Assembly (NCBI RefSeq): GCF_018350175.1
Contig: NC_058368.1
Location: forward strand, 142,602,001-142,666,000
Length of the DNA: 64,000 nucleotides
Direction: 5' to 3'
Source of the DNA: Felis catus
Lineage: Eukaryota
This document shows positions 52,118-64,000 of the stretch, in pieces; the stretch's first letter is position 1, and every line of letters begins with the position of its first letter. Under the pieces are notes generated by a model, which saw nothing but the letters and a program-made list of their open reading frames with translations, ran no database searches and was not told the origin of the DNA. The position numbers and the translations under genes are program-made.

Positions 52118-54289
52118 AATGCTACTCTTTATAATGCATGGAAAGATCAAGAAAAAAATAACCTCATATGCCTTTGAAAATAGTTAAAATTAGAAGAAGG
52201 GAACAGTGTGGATTTTTCTTTTTTTTTCAGTTTCTAACATTAAAATGTTTAAACGTTAGTTGTTAATAGTTAGAAATCAAGTACTATATTCTAGCTTGTC
52301 CAAGAAATAACCCAAACCCAACTCTCAGCTTTCTTTAAATGAAATAGATATATAACCAATAACTCTTATATCTCAGGCAAAATATTATAAGCGAGAGTGA
52401 TACCCGAGTTGAGTTTCTCTCTTTCCTCCTTTATTCTTATTTTCACTTTTGAGAAAGGAGTTAAAAATCAGGTAAGTACCGAATTTTTTGGAAGAAATTA
52501 TGGAAGAAATTTTTACAAAATGCTATCAAAGAAAGGCTGTGAAATGAATTTTTATAAGTTGCCAAAATAATCATGACTTCCTGATAAGTCACTGTAAATT
52601 TATACTCATGTTGGACTCGAGCACCCTTGAGTCTCTTAAACTAGCCATCAAGTAAACCAAATCTAAGTTTTTTACATCTTACTTTACGAACAAACATTAG
52701 CTATTGCAAATCAAGTACCTCTGGACAGGTGTTATTACCCTCACTTGGCGAAGCCGCTTGTTATGGATCTTAAACTACGTACACCGCAAAGCAGAGCTCT
52801 GAGTGCCGGCCCCTCAGCCCAAACGCATCGGCTAGACTTTCACCTGTGTAGACTACAGCAGGAAAGGATTCTGGAGGACGCATTTCAGAGTGAAGTAGCA
52901 TGGATGCCGTCAGCCAGGTCCCCATGGAGGCTGTGCTCCCCAAGCACATCCTGGCTATCTGGGTCATTGTCCTCATCATCCTGGCCATCATGGTCATCAT
53001 GACCTCCTTATTTGCTGTGCCGGGTCACTGCGATCATTATCTGTCATATGCAAACTTATTCTGTCCTCAATGGGACTGAGAATCTCCCAAGAGGGGCAGT
53101 GAGGGATGTGGGTGGTGTCCCCTCCCCCAGCCTCTTCCTTCTCAGAAAAGCGACGGACGGGCTTTGCCGTGTGGACTCGGGAGCTTGACACGTGAGAGGA
53201 GATCTGAGCTCTTGTTTGGATTTTGCCACTGGCCAGCTGTGTGAGTTCAGTCAAGGGACCTAATTCTGTGGGTTCCGGGTTCCTTTTAAATGGGGATCAT
53301 GATCTCTGCCCCTCCTGCCTCATGGGGTTGTAAGAACCAATGGTTTGGTGGAGGTTAAAGCTGTTTGCGACTGTGAGCAGCAAACCCACCACAGATACAC
53401 AGGTGTTACTGCTGAATGCTGAGAAGCTTTGAAGAGCCAAACAACCTAATTACTGATGGTGGACTTCAAGGTGGTGAGGGAGACACTGGGGGCAGAGCAG
53501 CCTTTGCCAGCGCCCCTCCGGTCAAACCAAGCAAAGGCACCCTATCCTCATTCCAAGGGGCCGGCAGCACTTGGGCTCAGAGTTATTTTCTTTGCGGTGC
53601 CCCTCCCTCACGTTATGTAATTTGGAGGGAATTATGCATGGCAGGGGAGGGAGATGGGTAGAACTTCCCAGGACCTCTGTGCCAGAATGTCTACAATCAG
53701 GAGGAGGGCTCTGCCATTTCTTGGCCACGCAAGGGACCTGGGGTGATGGGCTTCTTTCTGCATTGGAGTCTCATCGCTTTGATAGTTGAGCAATGTGGGA
53801 AAACACACGGTGGCTGAGTTCCCTGGCCAGCTTTCACGATCTCCAGCCCTCACCCCCTTGTGTGCCCCACACTTGAGGAGCTCTGTCCCCCCACCCCAGT
53901 ACCTGCTATATCAGCTCTGTGGTATAAAGTGCACGCCCTTCATTCCCTCCCACCAGCACTGCAGCCAATCTAAGCTACAGATTTTAAGAGATGTTCCAGG
54001 AGAGTTTGGAACTAACTTAAAACAATGATGGTTGTTTAGATGCTATGATCTATATTTATAGAGAGAGATTTCTGGACTGCTCAAGCTTTTGACCAAAATC
54101 AGAAACATCTTGGGACTTATTAAATTATGTAACAGCACAGACATCAGAATATTGTGTGCAAGTAATGCTTTTACTTTGGTCTGATTTCATTTATGTACAC
54201 AGCCAATTTCCAATAAAGTGCTAGAATGAGAAAACAAACAAATTAAGTACCTCTGACATCTGTCTGATCTCTTTCGAGAAGATGTGTTA

Positions 54290-54557
54290 GGGCCCCTGGG
54301 TGGCTCAGTCTGTTAAGTGGCTGACTCTTGGCCTTGACTCACGTCATGACCTCATGGGATTGAGCCCCTTGTTGGGCTCTGTGCTGACAGTGCAGAACCT
54401 GCCGGGGATTCTCTCTCTCTTCTCTCTGCCCCTCCCACATGTGCATGCACACACTCTCTCTCTCAAAATAAATAAATATTAAAAAAATATCTGGTAAAGG
54501 CCTTCCTGAGTCTTTCATTTTTTTCATTTTCCTTTAGTTTTTTTAATGTTTATTTTT

Positions 54558-54597
<40 letters not shown>

Positions 54598-54980
54598 GAG
54601 AGAAACAGGGGAGAGGCAGAGAGAGAGGGAGACACAGAATCCGAAGCAGGCTCCAGGCTCCAAGCTGTCAGCACAGAGCCTGATGTGGGGTTCAAACTCA
54701 TGACTTTAGCCAAAGTCGGACGCTCAACCGACTGAGCCACCCAGGCACCCCCCATTTTCCTTTAAATAAAGGACATATATTTGGGGTGCCTGGGTGGCTC
54801 AGTTGGTTGAGGATCTGACTTCGGCTCAGGTTACGATCTCATGTTTTGTGAGTTCAAGTCCTGTGTTGGGCTCTCTGCTGTCAGCACAGAGCCTGCCTCA
54901 GATCCTCTGTCCCCTCCTCTCTCAGCCCCTCTCCTGCTCAATCTCTCAAAAATAAATAAACATCCAAAAAAAAAAAAAAA
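54290..54980. mobile_element. Three Can-SINEs in alternating orientation: 54290-54487 (+), 54537-54752 (-), 54783-54980 (+)
   Basis: Three SINE bodies; the middle one has TSD cattttccttta at 54525-54536 and 54753-54764. Confidence 0.93.
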
Positions 54981-55417
54981 CAAAACAGGACATACACTCA
55001 ACAACTGCTTTTTGTCATGCCATGTTCTAGATACTTGGGTACAGTAATGAATACAAAAGACAAAAGTGTCTGCCCTTGTGGAGCTTCTATTTTAATGGGA
55101 GTGGAAGATGATAAACAAATATTTAGAATATAATTATGACAGATGGTGATATGTGCTCTAAAGAAAGTAATGCAGGCAGGGGCTAAGTGTCAGTGGTGGG
55201 AGTTTGCTTAGACAGTGGCTAGAATACAGTGCATTGTCAACATTAGTTTCTTCTCTATATCTCTCCATGTGATTGCTCTCAACTCCTTTACTGTATCATG
55301 TATTTAACCTCTTTAAAACTGCTTATTTAGGCGAGAGGGCAACTAATAAGCACAGGTATGGAACACCCCTGAAATTTTAAAGGGAGAAGCTAGAGCTGAC
55401 TAAAAACTCCTTTCCTT

Positions 55418-55633
55418 GGGGCGCCTGGGTGGCGCAGTCGGTTAAGCGTCCGACTTCAGCCAGGTCACGATCTCACGGTCCGTGAGTTCGAGCCCCGCGT
55501 CAGGCTCTGGGCTGATGGCTCAGAGCCTGGAGCCTGTTTCCGATTCTGTGTCTCCCTCTCTCTCTGCCCCTCCCCCGTTCATGCTCTGTCTCTCTCTGTC
55601 CCAAAAATAAATAAACGTTGAAAAACAAACAAA
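55418..55633 (+). mobile_element. Young feline Can-SINE
   Basis: 15-bp TSD aaaaactcctttcct at 55402-55416 and 55634-55648. Confidence 0.97.
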
Positions 55634-55803
55634 AAAAACTCCTTTCCTGAGAAAATAGTATGGGCGCCAAGAAATAAATAAGAGATCTGCTAACAGACTT
55701 TCACAAACATTCATAATTTGGAAATCAGGACAGGACAGAACAGAAAGGAAGCCTTCGAGAACCTCTTTGACTACTGCGAGTCAAGAGGATTAGGAGTCAC
55801 CCC

Positions 55804-56002
55804 AGGCACCTGGGTGGCTCAGTCAGTTGAGCATCTGACTCTTGATTTTGGCTCAGGTCATGATCCCAGGTCTGTGGGATCCAGTCCTGCATCGGGTCCC
55901 ATATTGAGCATGGAGCCTGCTTAAGATTCTCTCTCTCTCCCTCTGCCCCTCATGCATGTGCTTTCTCTTCTAATATTAAAAGAAATAAACAAATAAATAA
56001 AA
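55804..56002 (+). mobile_element. Can-SINE (older subtype)
   Basis: SINE body with flanking direct repeat gatYaggagtcaccc. Confidence 0.9.
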
Positions 56003-56772
56003 GATCAGGAGTCACCCACGCTAGGAAATCCAAGGGCATCTCTAGCACACTAGACAAAAAGGCTGCATGCAGGAGGATCCATCCTAATACAAGGTACAAA
56101 AGCACCAGGACAGGAAATGACCATAGTCACTTGCATACCTGGAACAGAATCCAGCTGACTGCAAAAGGACCATAAAATTGGCTCCCGATCAATGGCTCCG
56201 TCAGATACAAAGAAACCATCTAGACACTATTTTCCCTTATGAGGAGAGCCCACTGCATTGGACCACTCTTCCTTATCCACTGGCCATTAGATCACTGAAC
56301 TGGTTCTACATACCTTTTCTAAATGAGTCCTCCTGCTTTTATATTTGAAATGATTCTAATGGCATGAAAGGTGGAACACATAGATAATTAATATAGGCAA
56401 TTATTAGCAAAACCCACCTAATTTACACTCAGTAAAAAAATATTATGGACATGGAACATAATAAAATACACCTAAATATGAAAATATTTCACAACATAAA
56501 AGGAGATGAACATATCACTGTAGAGGTATAGGGACTGCATACTTAAGAACTATTTACTGAAGAAAAAGAATCAACTGTCGACCTCAACTTCATGTACTTA
56601 ATAGAATCAATGAAATATTAAATCTACAAAAGAGGCAAGAGATACAATGATAAAACTGACTTTTTTTTTTAATGAAAAGAGCTGGAAAGCCTTTAGAAAG
56701 GCAGTGAGGAAAATATTTGCCATATTACTTTTGAAATGCCACTGGAAGCATTAAAGGGACACAGAATGAGAT

Positions 56773-56777
<5 letters not shown>

Positions 56778-56832
<55 letters not shown>

Positions 56833-56838
56833 AAATAA
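56778..56838 (+). repeat. (TAAA)n microsatellite
   Basis: Read directly. Confidence 0.95.
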
Positions 56839-57833
56839 AGATCAGTGAAGGGGAACTCATCCTGAAATGTGGGGGGAAGATGGCAAAGATATAAAAATGA
56901 TTAAGAAGAAACGTATGAAGGACAAAGGATATCTAACATACATGTAAGTGGTGCTACTGCCCAAAAGACAGGAGTAAATTTAACAGAGATGAAAATCCCA
57001 ACATCTGTCAGATTAAATCTTTCCTGGAATGAAAAATCTTGAATTGTGCAGTGCTCACTCTCTACCAAGAAAAACTGATGAAATAAAATCCAAAATACTG
57101 GTGACATATAGATATCTAGATATCTGTATCTATATCTATTTTCTAACTATCAATGCCAAAGACAGAACACTATAATTATCTAGTCAAGAAAAGAAAAACT
57201 GGATACCTCCAAAGTAAGTATCAGGCTATACGGAGATTACTTTTCTACAACAATAGATGTCAGAGACCAGGAGCAATGTCTACAGAATTTTGAAGGAAAA
57301 AAAAAATGACCACGCGAATATTTACCCAACAAAGTTGTCAGTATGGGCAATAATAACAGAAAGCCATATTCTCAAATATGCAAGGCTTCAGAAAGCATAT
57401 TACTCATGAAATTTCCATGAAAAGAAGATAACTCAAAGATGTACGAAACAAACAAACAAAAAAGAATCAAAGTAAAAATTTGTATCTCAAGATGAAATTA
57501 GTTATAGTAAAAGGAAGTAAAGTACTGAAGCCTAAATGTAATTTATATACAATTAAATCTGTTCTTCACTCCTGCACCCTGGGATTATTTCCCAAGTAAA
57601 CCAACTAAATTCAAGTCTTTGTCTCATGCTTTACTTTTTGTGAACTAAGACTAAGACAGTGAGCAAGAATGAGTAATTTAATACATGATGGTGAAAATAG
57701 GGATTAACTAAATTAAAAAATTTTAATTCTCTAACTTATACCACATAGTAAACACTCATTTCTGGTAGTATGGTGAACAAGAAATCTCAACAGACCTTCC
57801 TTCCAAAAACAGCAAAACAAACTATATAAGTTT

Positions 57834-58040
57834 GTTTGTTTATGTTTATTTATTTATTTTGAGAGAGAGAGGTGGGGGAGGGACGAAGGGCAGAGAGAGA
57901 GGGAGAGAGAGAATCCCAAGCAGGCTCCATACTGCCAGAATGGAGCCCAATGCAGGGCTTGAAATTACCAACCATGAGATCATGACCTGAGCTGAGATCA
58001 AGAGTTGGATACTTAATCGACTGAGCCACCCAGGCACCCC
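57834..58040 (-). mobile_element. Can-SINE
   Basis: TSD tataagttt at 57825-57833 and 58041-58049. Confidence 0.93.
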
Positions 58041-58599
58041 TATAAGTTTATTTTTAAAAGAAAAACTCTTCAAATGCCTTAGGTATATGTTAAGAAATTA
58101 ACTTTGAAAATTACAAGGTGAGGAATGCTAGTTAGCAAGTGGTAAGGGCTGGGTTTACCTTTCTATCATCAACGCCTAGAAAAGTGGACAAAATATAAGC
58201 AGCAATGGTTTTCAAGGATTTAACAAATACAAAATAAAACCACAATGACATATCACTGCATACCTGATAGCATGGCTAAAATTAAAAAGACTGCCAATGT
58301 TAAGTGTTGGTAAGGAAGTAGAGTAACTGAAACTCTCATATACTCATAAAGGGCTGAAGTTTGTTAGACTGGATTAAAGAAAAGAAAATAGGTGCATGCT
58401 CCTTAGAAAAGAACATACTTAAAACACTTAAAATTCAGAGAGATTGAAAGTAAAAAGGTTGACAAAGATGTCTCATGAGAATATTAACAAAAAGATGAAA
58501 AAGAGAGCTGGTATTCCTAGATTTAAATCAGATAAAATGGGCTTTCAGGCAAATTTTAAAAACTACCACCACAAACTTAAAAAAAAAGACTACTGTGAT

Positions 58600-58830
58600 G
58601 GGGCTCCTGGGTGGCTCAGTCAGTTGAGTGTCTGACTTCGGCTCAAGTCATGATCTCACTGTTCATGGGTTCAAGCCCCACGTCGGGCTCTGTGGTGACA
58701 GCTCAGAGCCTGGAGCCTGCTCAGATTCTGTGTCTCCCTCTCTCTTTGCCCCTCCCCTGCTCATGCTCTGTCTGTCTGTCTCTCTCTCTCACTCTCTCAA
58801 AAAAATAATATTAAAAAATATCTAAGTTAA
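58600..58830 (+). mobile_element. Can-SINE
   Basis: Full body; degenerate TSD aaaaaagacYactKtg. Confidence 0.93.
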
Positions 58831-59481
58831 AAAAAAAGACCACTTTGCTCTGGAAAAATGTTCATAAAGTTTGAATTTCAACTTAGAAAAATAGCAGGAA
58901 AAAAACAAAGGAAGTAAATAATTACTAGTATAAAAGCAGACATATGGCCAACGGAACAAAAAGCCCAGAAATAAACCCAAGAACACACATGGGGGAAAGG
59001 ACAGTCTCTTCAACAAATGGTGTTGGAAAAACTGAATACCCGCATGCAAAAGATGAAATTGTACCCTTATCTTATACCATACACAAAACCCAACTCGAAA
59101 TGGACAAAAAAACTTCTTGGCATTGATTTTTTGGATATGACACCAAAAACACAAGCCACAAAGGCAAAAATAGTCTAGTGAAACTACATCATACTAAAAA
59201 GCTTATGTACAGCAAAAGAAAACAAAATCAACAGACCTATAGAATGGGAGAAAATATTTGCAAACCATATATCTGATAAGGAGTTAATACCCAAAAGGAA
59301 CACATACCACTCAAGAGAAAAAAATCCAATGAAAAAATAGGCAGAGGATCACAAAGAAAAGAGGGTTGGTGACACTGTGGAGAAAAGGGAACCCTTGTGC
59401 ACTGTTGGTAATGTGAATTGGCATAGCCACTATGGAAAGTAGCATGAAGGGTCCTCAAAAAATTAAAAATAGAACTATTAT

Positions 59482-59607
59482 GGGGCACCTGGGTGGCTCG
59501 GTCACTTAAGCATCCAACTCTTGATTTTGGCTCAGGTTGTGATCTCATGGTTTGTAGGTTTGAGCCCCGCATGGAGCCCTGTGCTGCCAGCGTGGAGCCT
59601 GCTTGGG

Positions 59608-59651
<44 letters not shown>

Positions 59652-59713
59652 TCTACACTCTCCACTTGCTCTAAATAAATAAATAAACTTTAAAAAAATT
59701 TTAAAAATTAAAA
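59482..59713 (+). mobile_element. Can-SINE
   Basis: Head, long (CT)n, A-tail. Confidence 0.93.
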
Positions 59714-60030
59714 GTGGAAGAGGTCAGAGGAGGCATGATAACAGAAGCAAGGCTACGAGAAGGACTCAGCCCTCCATTGCTGGCTTTGAAGATGGAGGAA
59801 GGAGGCATGGGTCAAATCATGTGGGCAGCTGCTCCAGGCTGGAAAAGGCAAGGACATGGATTCTCCCTCAAATCCCCCAGGAAGGAATGCGGCCCTGCCA
59901 ACACCCTGGATTTTTGTCCCGTGAGATCCGTGTCAGACTTTGGACCTACAGGACTGTAACGTGAATGTGTGTGGTGTTAAGTCACTGAGTTTATGGTAAC
60001 TTGTTCCAGCAGCGACAGAAAATTAATACA
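59714..60030 (+). mobile_element. Partial MaLR LTR (MLT1C/D-like)
   Basis: ttgctggctttgaagatggaggaagg..aggctggaaaaggcaagga..ggattctccc..ccctgccaacacc..atggtaacttgttccagcagc..taataca. Confidence 0.85.
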
Positions 60031-60479
60031 GTGTTAAATATTATTTTCCTTCATTCACATTTAAATCAAGAAAGATAAAACCAAAGTTATTAAAATAACG
60101 GGAAATCTTAAACTATACTTTTTGAGGAAATCTATCCTAATCACCCCCAAATGCCTCTCATCATTTCTTTGTTTCTCCTGAGTGCTTATGTATTCAATTT
60201 ACATCACTTATCATTTGTTGCTACTTTGTTTTACTACTGTGTTAATATCATTTCCTGGGCATACAGTTTTTCCTCTCATCCTAAGGCTCTTCAGAAGCAG
60301 GGGCCACGTATTCTTTCCCTAGGTTTTTGCTGCCAGAGGTAACAGGCTCAGTCTATAAATGCCTGATGACCAACATCTCACATTATGGATTACTTAAGGT
60401 AGACCAGGTACTCAGCTTTCTTCCCAGAAATGTTTTTAAAAGTTTTATTTCAGGCTTATACAGAAGCACCCTAAAGGCC

Positions 60480-60654
60480 CTGAAACTCTCATATACTCAA
60501 ACAGGGCTGAAGTTTGTTAGACTGGATTAAAGAAAATAGGTGCATGCTCCTTAGAAAAGAACATACTTAAAACACTTAAAATTCAGAGAGATTGAAAGTA
60601 AAAAGGTTGACAAAGATGTCTCATGAGAATATTAACCAAAAGATGAAAAAGAGA
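60480..60654 (+). repeat. Near-identical direct copy of 58327-58506
   Basis: Manual alignment: 3 substitutions and one 5-bp indel over ~175 bp. Confidence 0.95.
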
Positions 60655-60860
60655 CCAGATTAGTAAATATTTAGAAAAGGGATTTACTACACTTTAAGTC
60701 CATTGGATATGTCCCACAAAATTTAGTGAGGTTTTGGTTTTCCAAACTTTCATGGTTTGAAGAAAGGCATATGCATTTACCTTACAGATTGTAAGATTGG
60801 GGAAGTGAGGTAGGAAGATGTCAGGTCTAGACGGGGAGAGAAAAGAGGGCGTCCTCAAAT

Positions 60861-61138
60861 TTTAAAAAAAGTATATATTTTTAGTGTTTATTTAAAAAAA
60901 CTATTTTATACTTATTCATTTTTGAGACAGAGAGAGAGTGAGAGAAAGTGCCAGAGGGGGAGGGGCAGAAAGAGAGAGAGGGAGAGGGAGAGAGACAGAG
61001 AGAGACAGAATCCAAAGCAGGCTCCGGGCTTTGAGCTGTCAGCACAGAGCCTGACACGGGGCTCGAACTCATGCACCGTGAGATCATGACCTGAGCCGAA
61101 GCCGGATACTTAACAAAGGGAGCCACCCAGGTGCCCCC
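60861..61138 (-). mobile_element. Can-SINE
   Basis: Full reverse complement; tcctcaaat on both flanks. Confidence 0.93.
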
Positions 61139-64000
61139 GGATATCCTCAAATCTTGAACAGACCTGGGTACTGAGTAGGTTTCAGTGTGGAGGGTGGGGG
61201 GCAGAGCTGCCGTATCTGAAAAGGACTATGTGAAGGGTCGTCTATTTTGTGTGGGGTGTCAAGATCAGCCTAGCCCTTTTGATCAACCCTTTTGATCCAG
61301 CTACTCTTGGAAGCCATAAGTAAAATTTCTAGGCGCTACCAGAATTAAAGAAAAGTAAGCAAATAAATAAGTGGTCAGTTGGAAATGAGAGGATTTGGCA
61401 TCACTGTAACCCCGGGGGAAAAAATAAAGGCTGATGTGTAAATAGACTTCTGGGCAAGTAACCACATGGTGTTGTGCAGGAGGGAATTCAGCGAGGCAGC
61501 TGGCCCTGGCCACATGCCCTTCCCCAGGAGGCAGGGCCAGCCCTAACCCTTCAAGTCAGCTTCTGTTATCCAGCCCTGGGAACCCTTAAAAAATTTGCTT
61601 ACTCTGATTTCTCCAAACATAAAATTGGGGCAGTGGGATTTGCCATTGCTGTGTAGCCCAGGCCTGTGGTGAGGATTAATTAGTGTTTTTAAAGGGCTGT
61701 GGGTTTGGTGTGGTTTATTTATTTTCTCAGGATGAAAGCCAGGACGCCAGCACCAAGTGTTAACAGCAAAGGTTTGATGTATGTTACTTGAGATGCACTG
61801 TGTGAAGTAGGGTGGATGGGATACAAGGCTTGGGGGACTGCCTTCAGCATCCAAATACATTTTAATGCTCCCCAAAGTGAAGGGGGCAGAAGAAAAGTCT
61901 TTGAAAATTAAAAAGGAGCAAAGACATCTGAGTTTAGGCTCTGCGACTGAGGGCATATACCAACCCACACCAAGGAAAATCTGATGAGTCCCTACAGACA
62001 AATAGTAACGTGTAGAGAAGACACAAAATTTTGCCAACTTTGTGTCAAGCTGCAAAATGTGCTCCTATATTCAGCAGACAGAAAGAATCCCAGCAGAGGC
62101 AGTCAGGGGCTCGCGGCTGGTGGTGGTGGAGAAGGGTCACACACCAGCTTCCCCGCCATGGTACAGGTGGGCATGGGGGTCAAGGACACTGGTGTGGCCC
62201 CAATTCCCACTCACTGAAGACCCAGCAGCTTTCCAGATAGGACAGTCTCACAAGAACCCTCCTGACTGGTTTAGAAAAGTAAATCTTTATGGCTTTATTC
62301 CTGATTATGGAAGTTATATGTGCTCATTGCTAGAATTTGAAACTGGAGAAATACATCTAAAAAAAGTACACATATGCCCCCTCCCAATCCCAGCAGCCAG
62401 AATATAATTGCTATTAACTGTTTTCGAGACATATTTATAGGACACAGATTTAATTGTCCTCAATTTAGAGGCGATGAAATGGGAAACTCAATGAACTTAT
62501 CCACAGGCTTATGGGAACTAAGTCAAAGCTGGAATTCTAACCCAGACTTCTGGACACCTCGGACCTCTGTGTGTTCCAGTAGGCTACACGCCCTGTCCCT
62601 ACACCCCTCTCTCTCATCCCACCACCGTCCTGCAGTGTAATTACTACAAGGCCCTGCAGCACTTACATAACTAGCTTTACAAACAGAAGCTGGTGTCATG
62701 CACACAGGCTGGTTGTACATGAAAGTGCAAGACTAGTGTCACGGTTGTGTCCATTTTTCTAGCCACACTTGTGTGTGTAATGTTCCACTGACATGCTGTT
62801 ATTTGAGTAAGATGACTGTAACACAGATCTGGGCATCCTTTTGCCCCAAATCCCATGCAAAACAGAAAACAAAGAGACTCCTGAAATTAGTAGGACGTGA
62901 CTGTCATGTGAGGCCTGAACCTGGAACGCTGTGCATTTCAGGTCTGTTACTTATCCGCTCTGTGTGACCAATGACTCAGCATCTCCTTCCTAGTTATAAA
63001 GAGGGTGGGTGAACTGAATGCCTTCTAATTTCTGGTATCCTATGCAATGATGAACACTCTCCTAAGGGAGAGGTGGTGGGCCTCATGCAGCCCACCTAAC
63101 TTTTCTTCCTCTGCTCAGTATCACATTTCAGCCTGAAAGGCAGAAGGTTGCTTCTGGATTGCCACTTCGCAAATACGCCAGGAAAAATGAAAGTGCTTTG
63201 ATAATATATGATATTATTGCTCTTGCTAGATTTATTCTATTTAAATGAATGAGTGATAATCAACTTCACTGGTTAATTTCTTAGCACGCATTGTTTCAGT
63301 GTGTACAAATCTCCACAACAAAACGGACTGAGAGAGCTATAGGTGAAATCTTGTCCTCCTTGGAACTTACGGCTCTGGTTGGGGGAAAGACACACATACA
63401 AATAACTGGGATGAGGGAGCGAGAGCTCAGTGTCCTAGGGTGCTCCAGAGAAGCTCGAGGGACTCAGGTGTGGAGGGGTCAGACAGAGTTTCATGGAGGA
63501 GAAGGGATGTGAACTAGTCCCTAGAGGAGCATCAGAAAAACACAGGAAGACGACAGTGGCTGAAGGCGGACAGGGCAACGGTCCTGAGGGGTCACGTCAG
63601 CTGAATGATGGAGGTTGCAGCCCACAGGCTGAGGAGTCTGCCCGTGGCTGTGGTCAGTGGGAGACCACCGACAGCCGTCAACCAGGGAAGTCGGAAGCTG
63701 TGTCCACGGCCTCTCCCAGACCAGCTTCTAACAAAACTTAAAGTCTAACTGACCTTCAGTGTGTACATCAGTACCTAGCTCGTCACACCTGCTAAATAAA
63801 TAATCTCAGAAAGGGACTGAAGGTTGCTCCAAGGAGGACATGGGAAGCAGCTCGAGGCAGGCAAACCTGGACAACTCTTAGAACTCAAGTATAGATTTGC
63901 CAATTTTACCACAGAAAATGAGTGTGTGAGAGGGAGGGAGGGAAAGACTGTTCTTGCACTCTGTAATCAAGAGCAGAAATAACATCTCATTATAACCTTT

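Larger units (their letters stand above)
56550..59480 (+). mobile_element. Scrambled ancient L1M remnants (ORF1-like, endonuclease and late ORF2 pieces), interrupted by SINEs
   Basis: A-rich degenerate L1 motifs: aaaccacaatgacatatcac..atggctaaaattaaaaagactg, gattgaaagtaaaaagg, agtctcttcaacaaatggtgttggaaaaactg, gaatgggagaaaatatttgcaaaccatatatctgataagg. Confidence 0.75.
9520..64000 (-). other. ARSB: Long ARSB intron (intron 6); the upstream exon probably lies beyond the window
   Basis: No upstream ARSB exon (expected peptide like EGSPSPRxELLHNIDP) found by eye; repeat-rich with no other credible coding sequence; the orthologous human intron is tens of kb. Confidence 0.75.

Noticed and set aside
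52960..53002. (CAT)-rich run giving Met/Asp/Ser-rich short ORFs
   Set aside because: Degenerate trinucleotide repeat without coding support.
57110..57125. 16-bp palindrome agatatctagatatct
   Set aside because: Lies in low-complexity (GATA/TATC)-like sequence; explained by slippage.
62903..62911. GTCATGTGA and scattered CACGTG E-boxes (e.g. 40393, 33992) as TFEB/MITF sites for a lysosomal gene
   Set aside because: Such 6-8-mers are expected several times by chance in 64 kb; no clustering and no full GTCACGTGAC noticed.
1..64000. CRISPR arrays, operons or another novel multi-gene system
   Set aside because: Eukaryotic intron and intergenic DNA; repeats are dispersed retroposons and microsatellites, with no repeat-spacer array and no second gene detected.

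Overview
Mammalian genomic DNA from a felid, almost certainly domestic cat or a close relative (feline-type Can-SINEs and L1 3' ends; protein matches my recollection of cat arylsulfatase B). The only supportable gene is the 3' end of ARSB on the minus strand: penultimate coding exon 9397-9519, a 1052-bp intron, terminal exon CDS 8079-8344 (TAG at 8079-8081) and a 3' UTR whose end I cannot fix. Everything right of 9519 appears to be one long ARSB intron; I did not find the preceding exon. The rest is transposon-derived: about 30 Can-SINEs (many with TSDs), four carnivore or feline L1 3' fragments with TSDs, old L1M/L2/MIR remnants, MLT1 LTRs, hAT MERs and microsatellites. Repeat family names come from recalled consensus sequences, not a search. 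I found no new biological system. The best leads are a local ~175-bp templated duplication spanning a scrambled L1 junction, an AATAAA overlapping the last ARSB splice acceptor, a promoter-like motif cluster in the intron, two fold-back junction signatures, closely spaced inverted SINE pairs and young, possibly polymorphic insertions.
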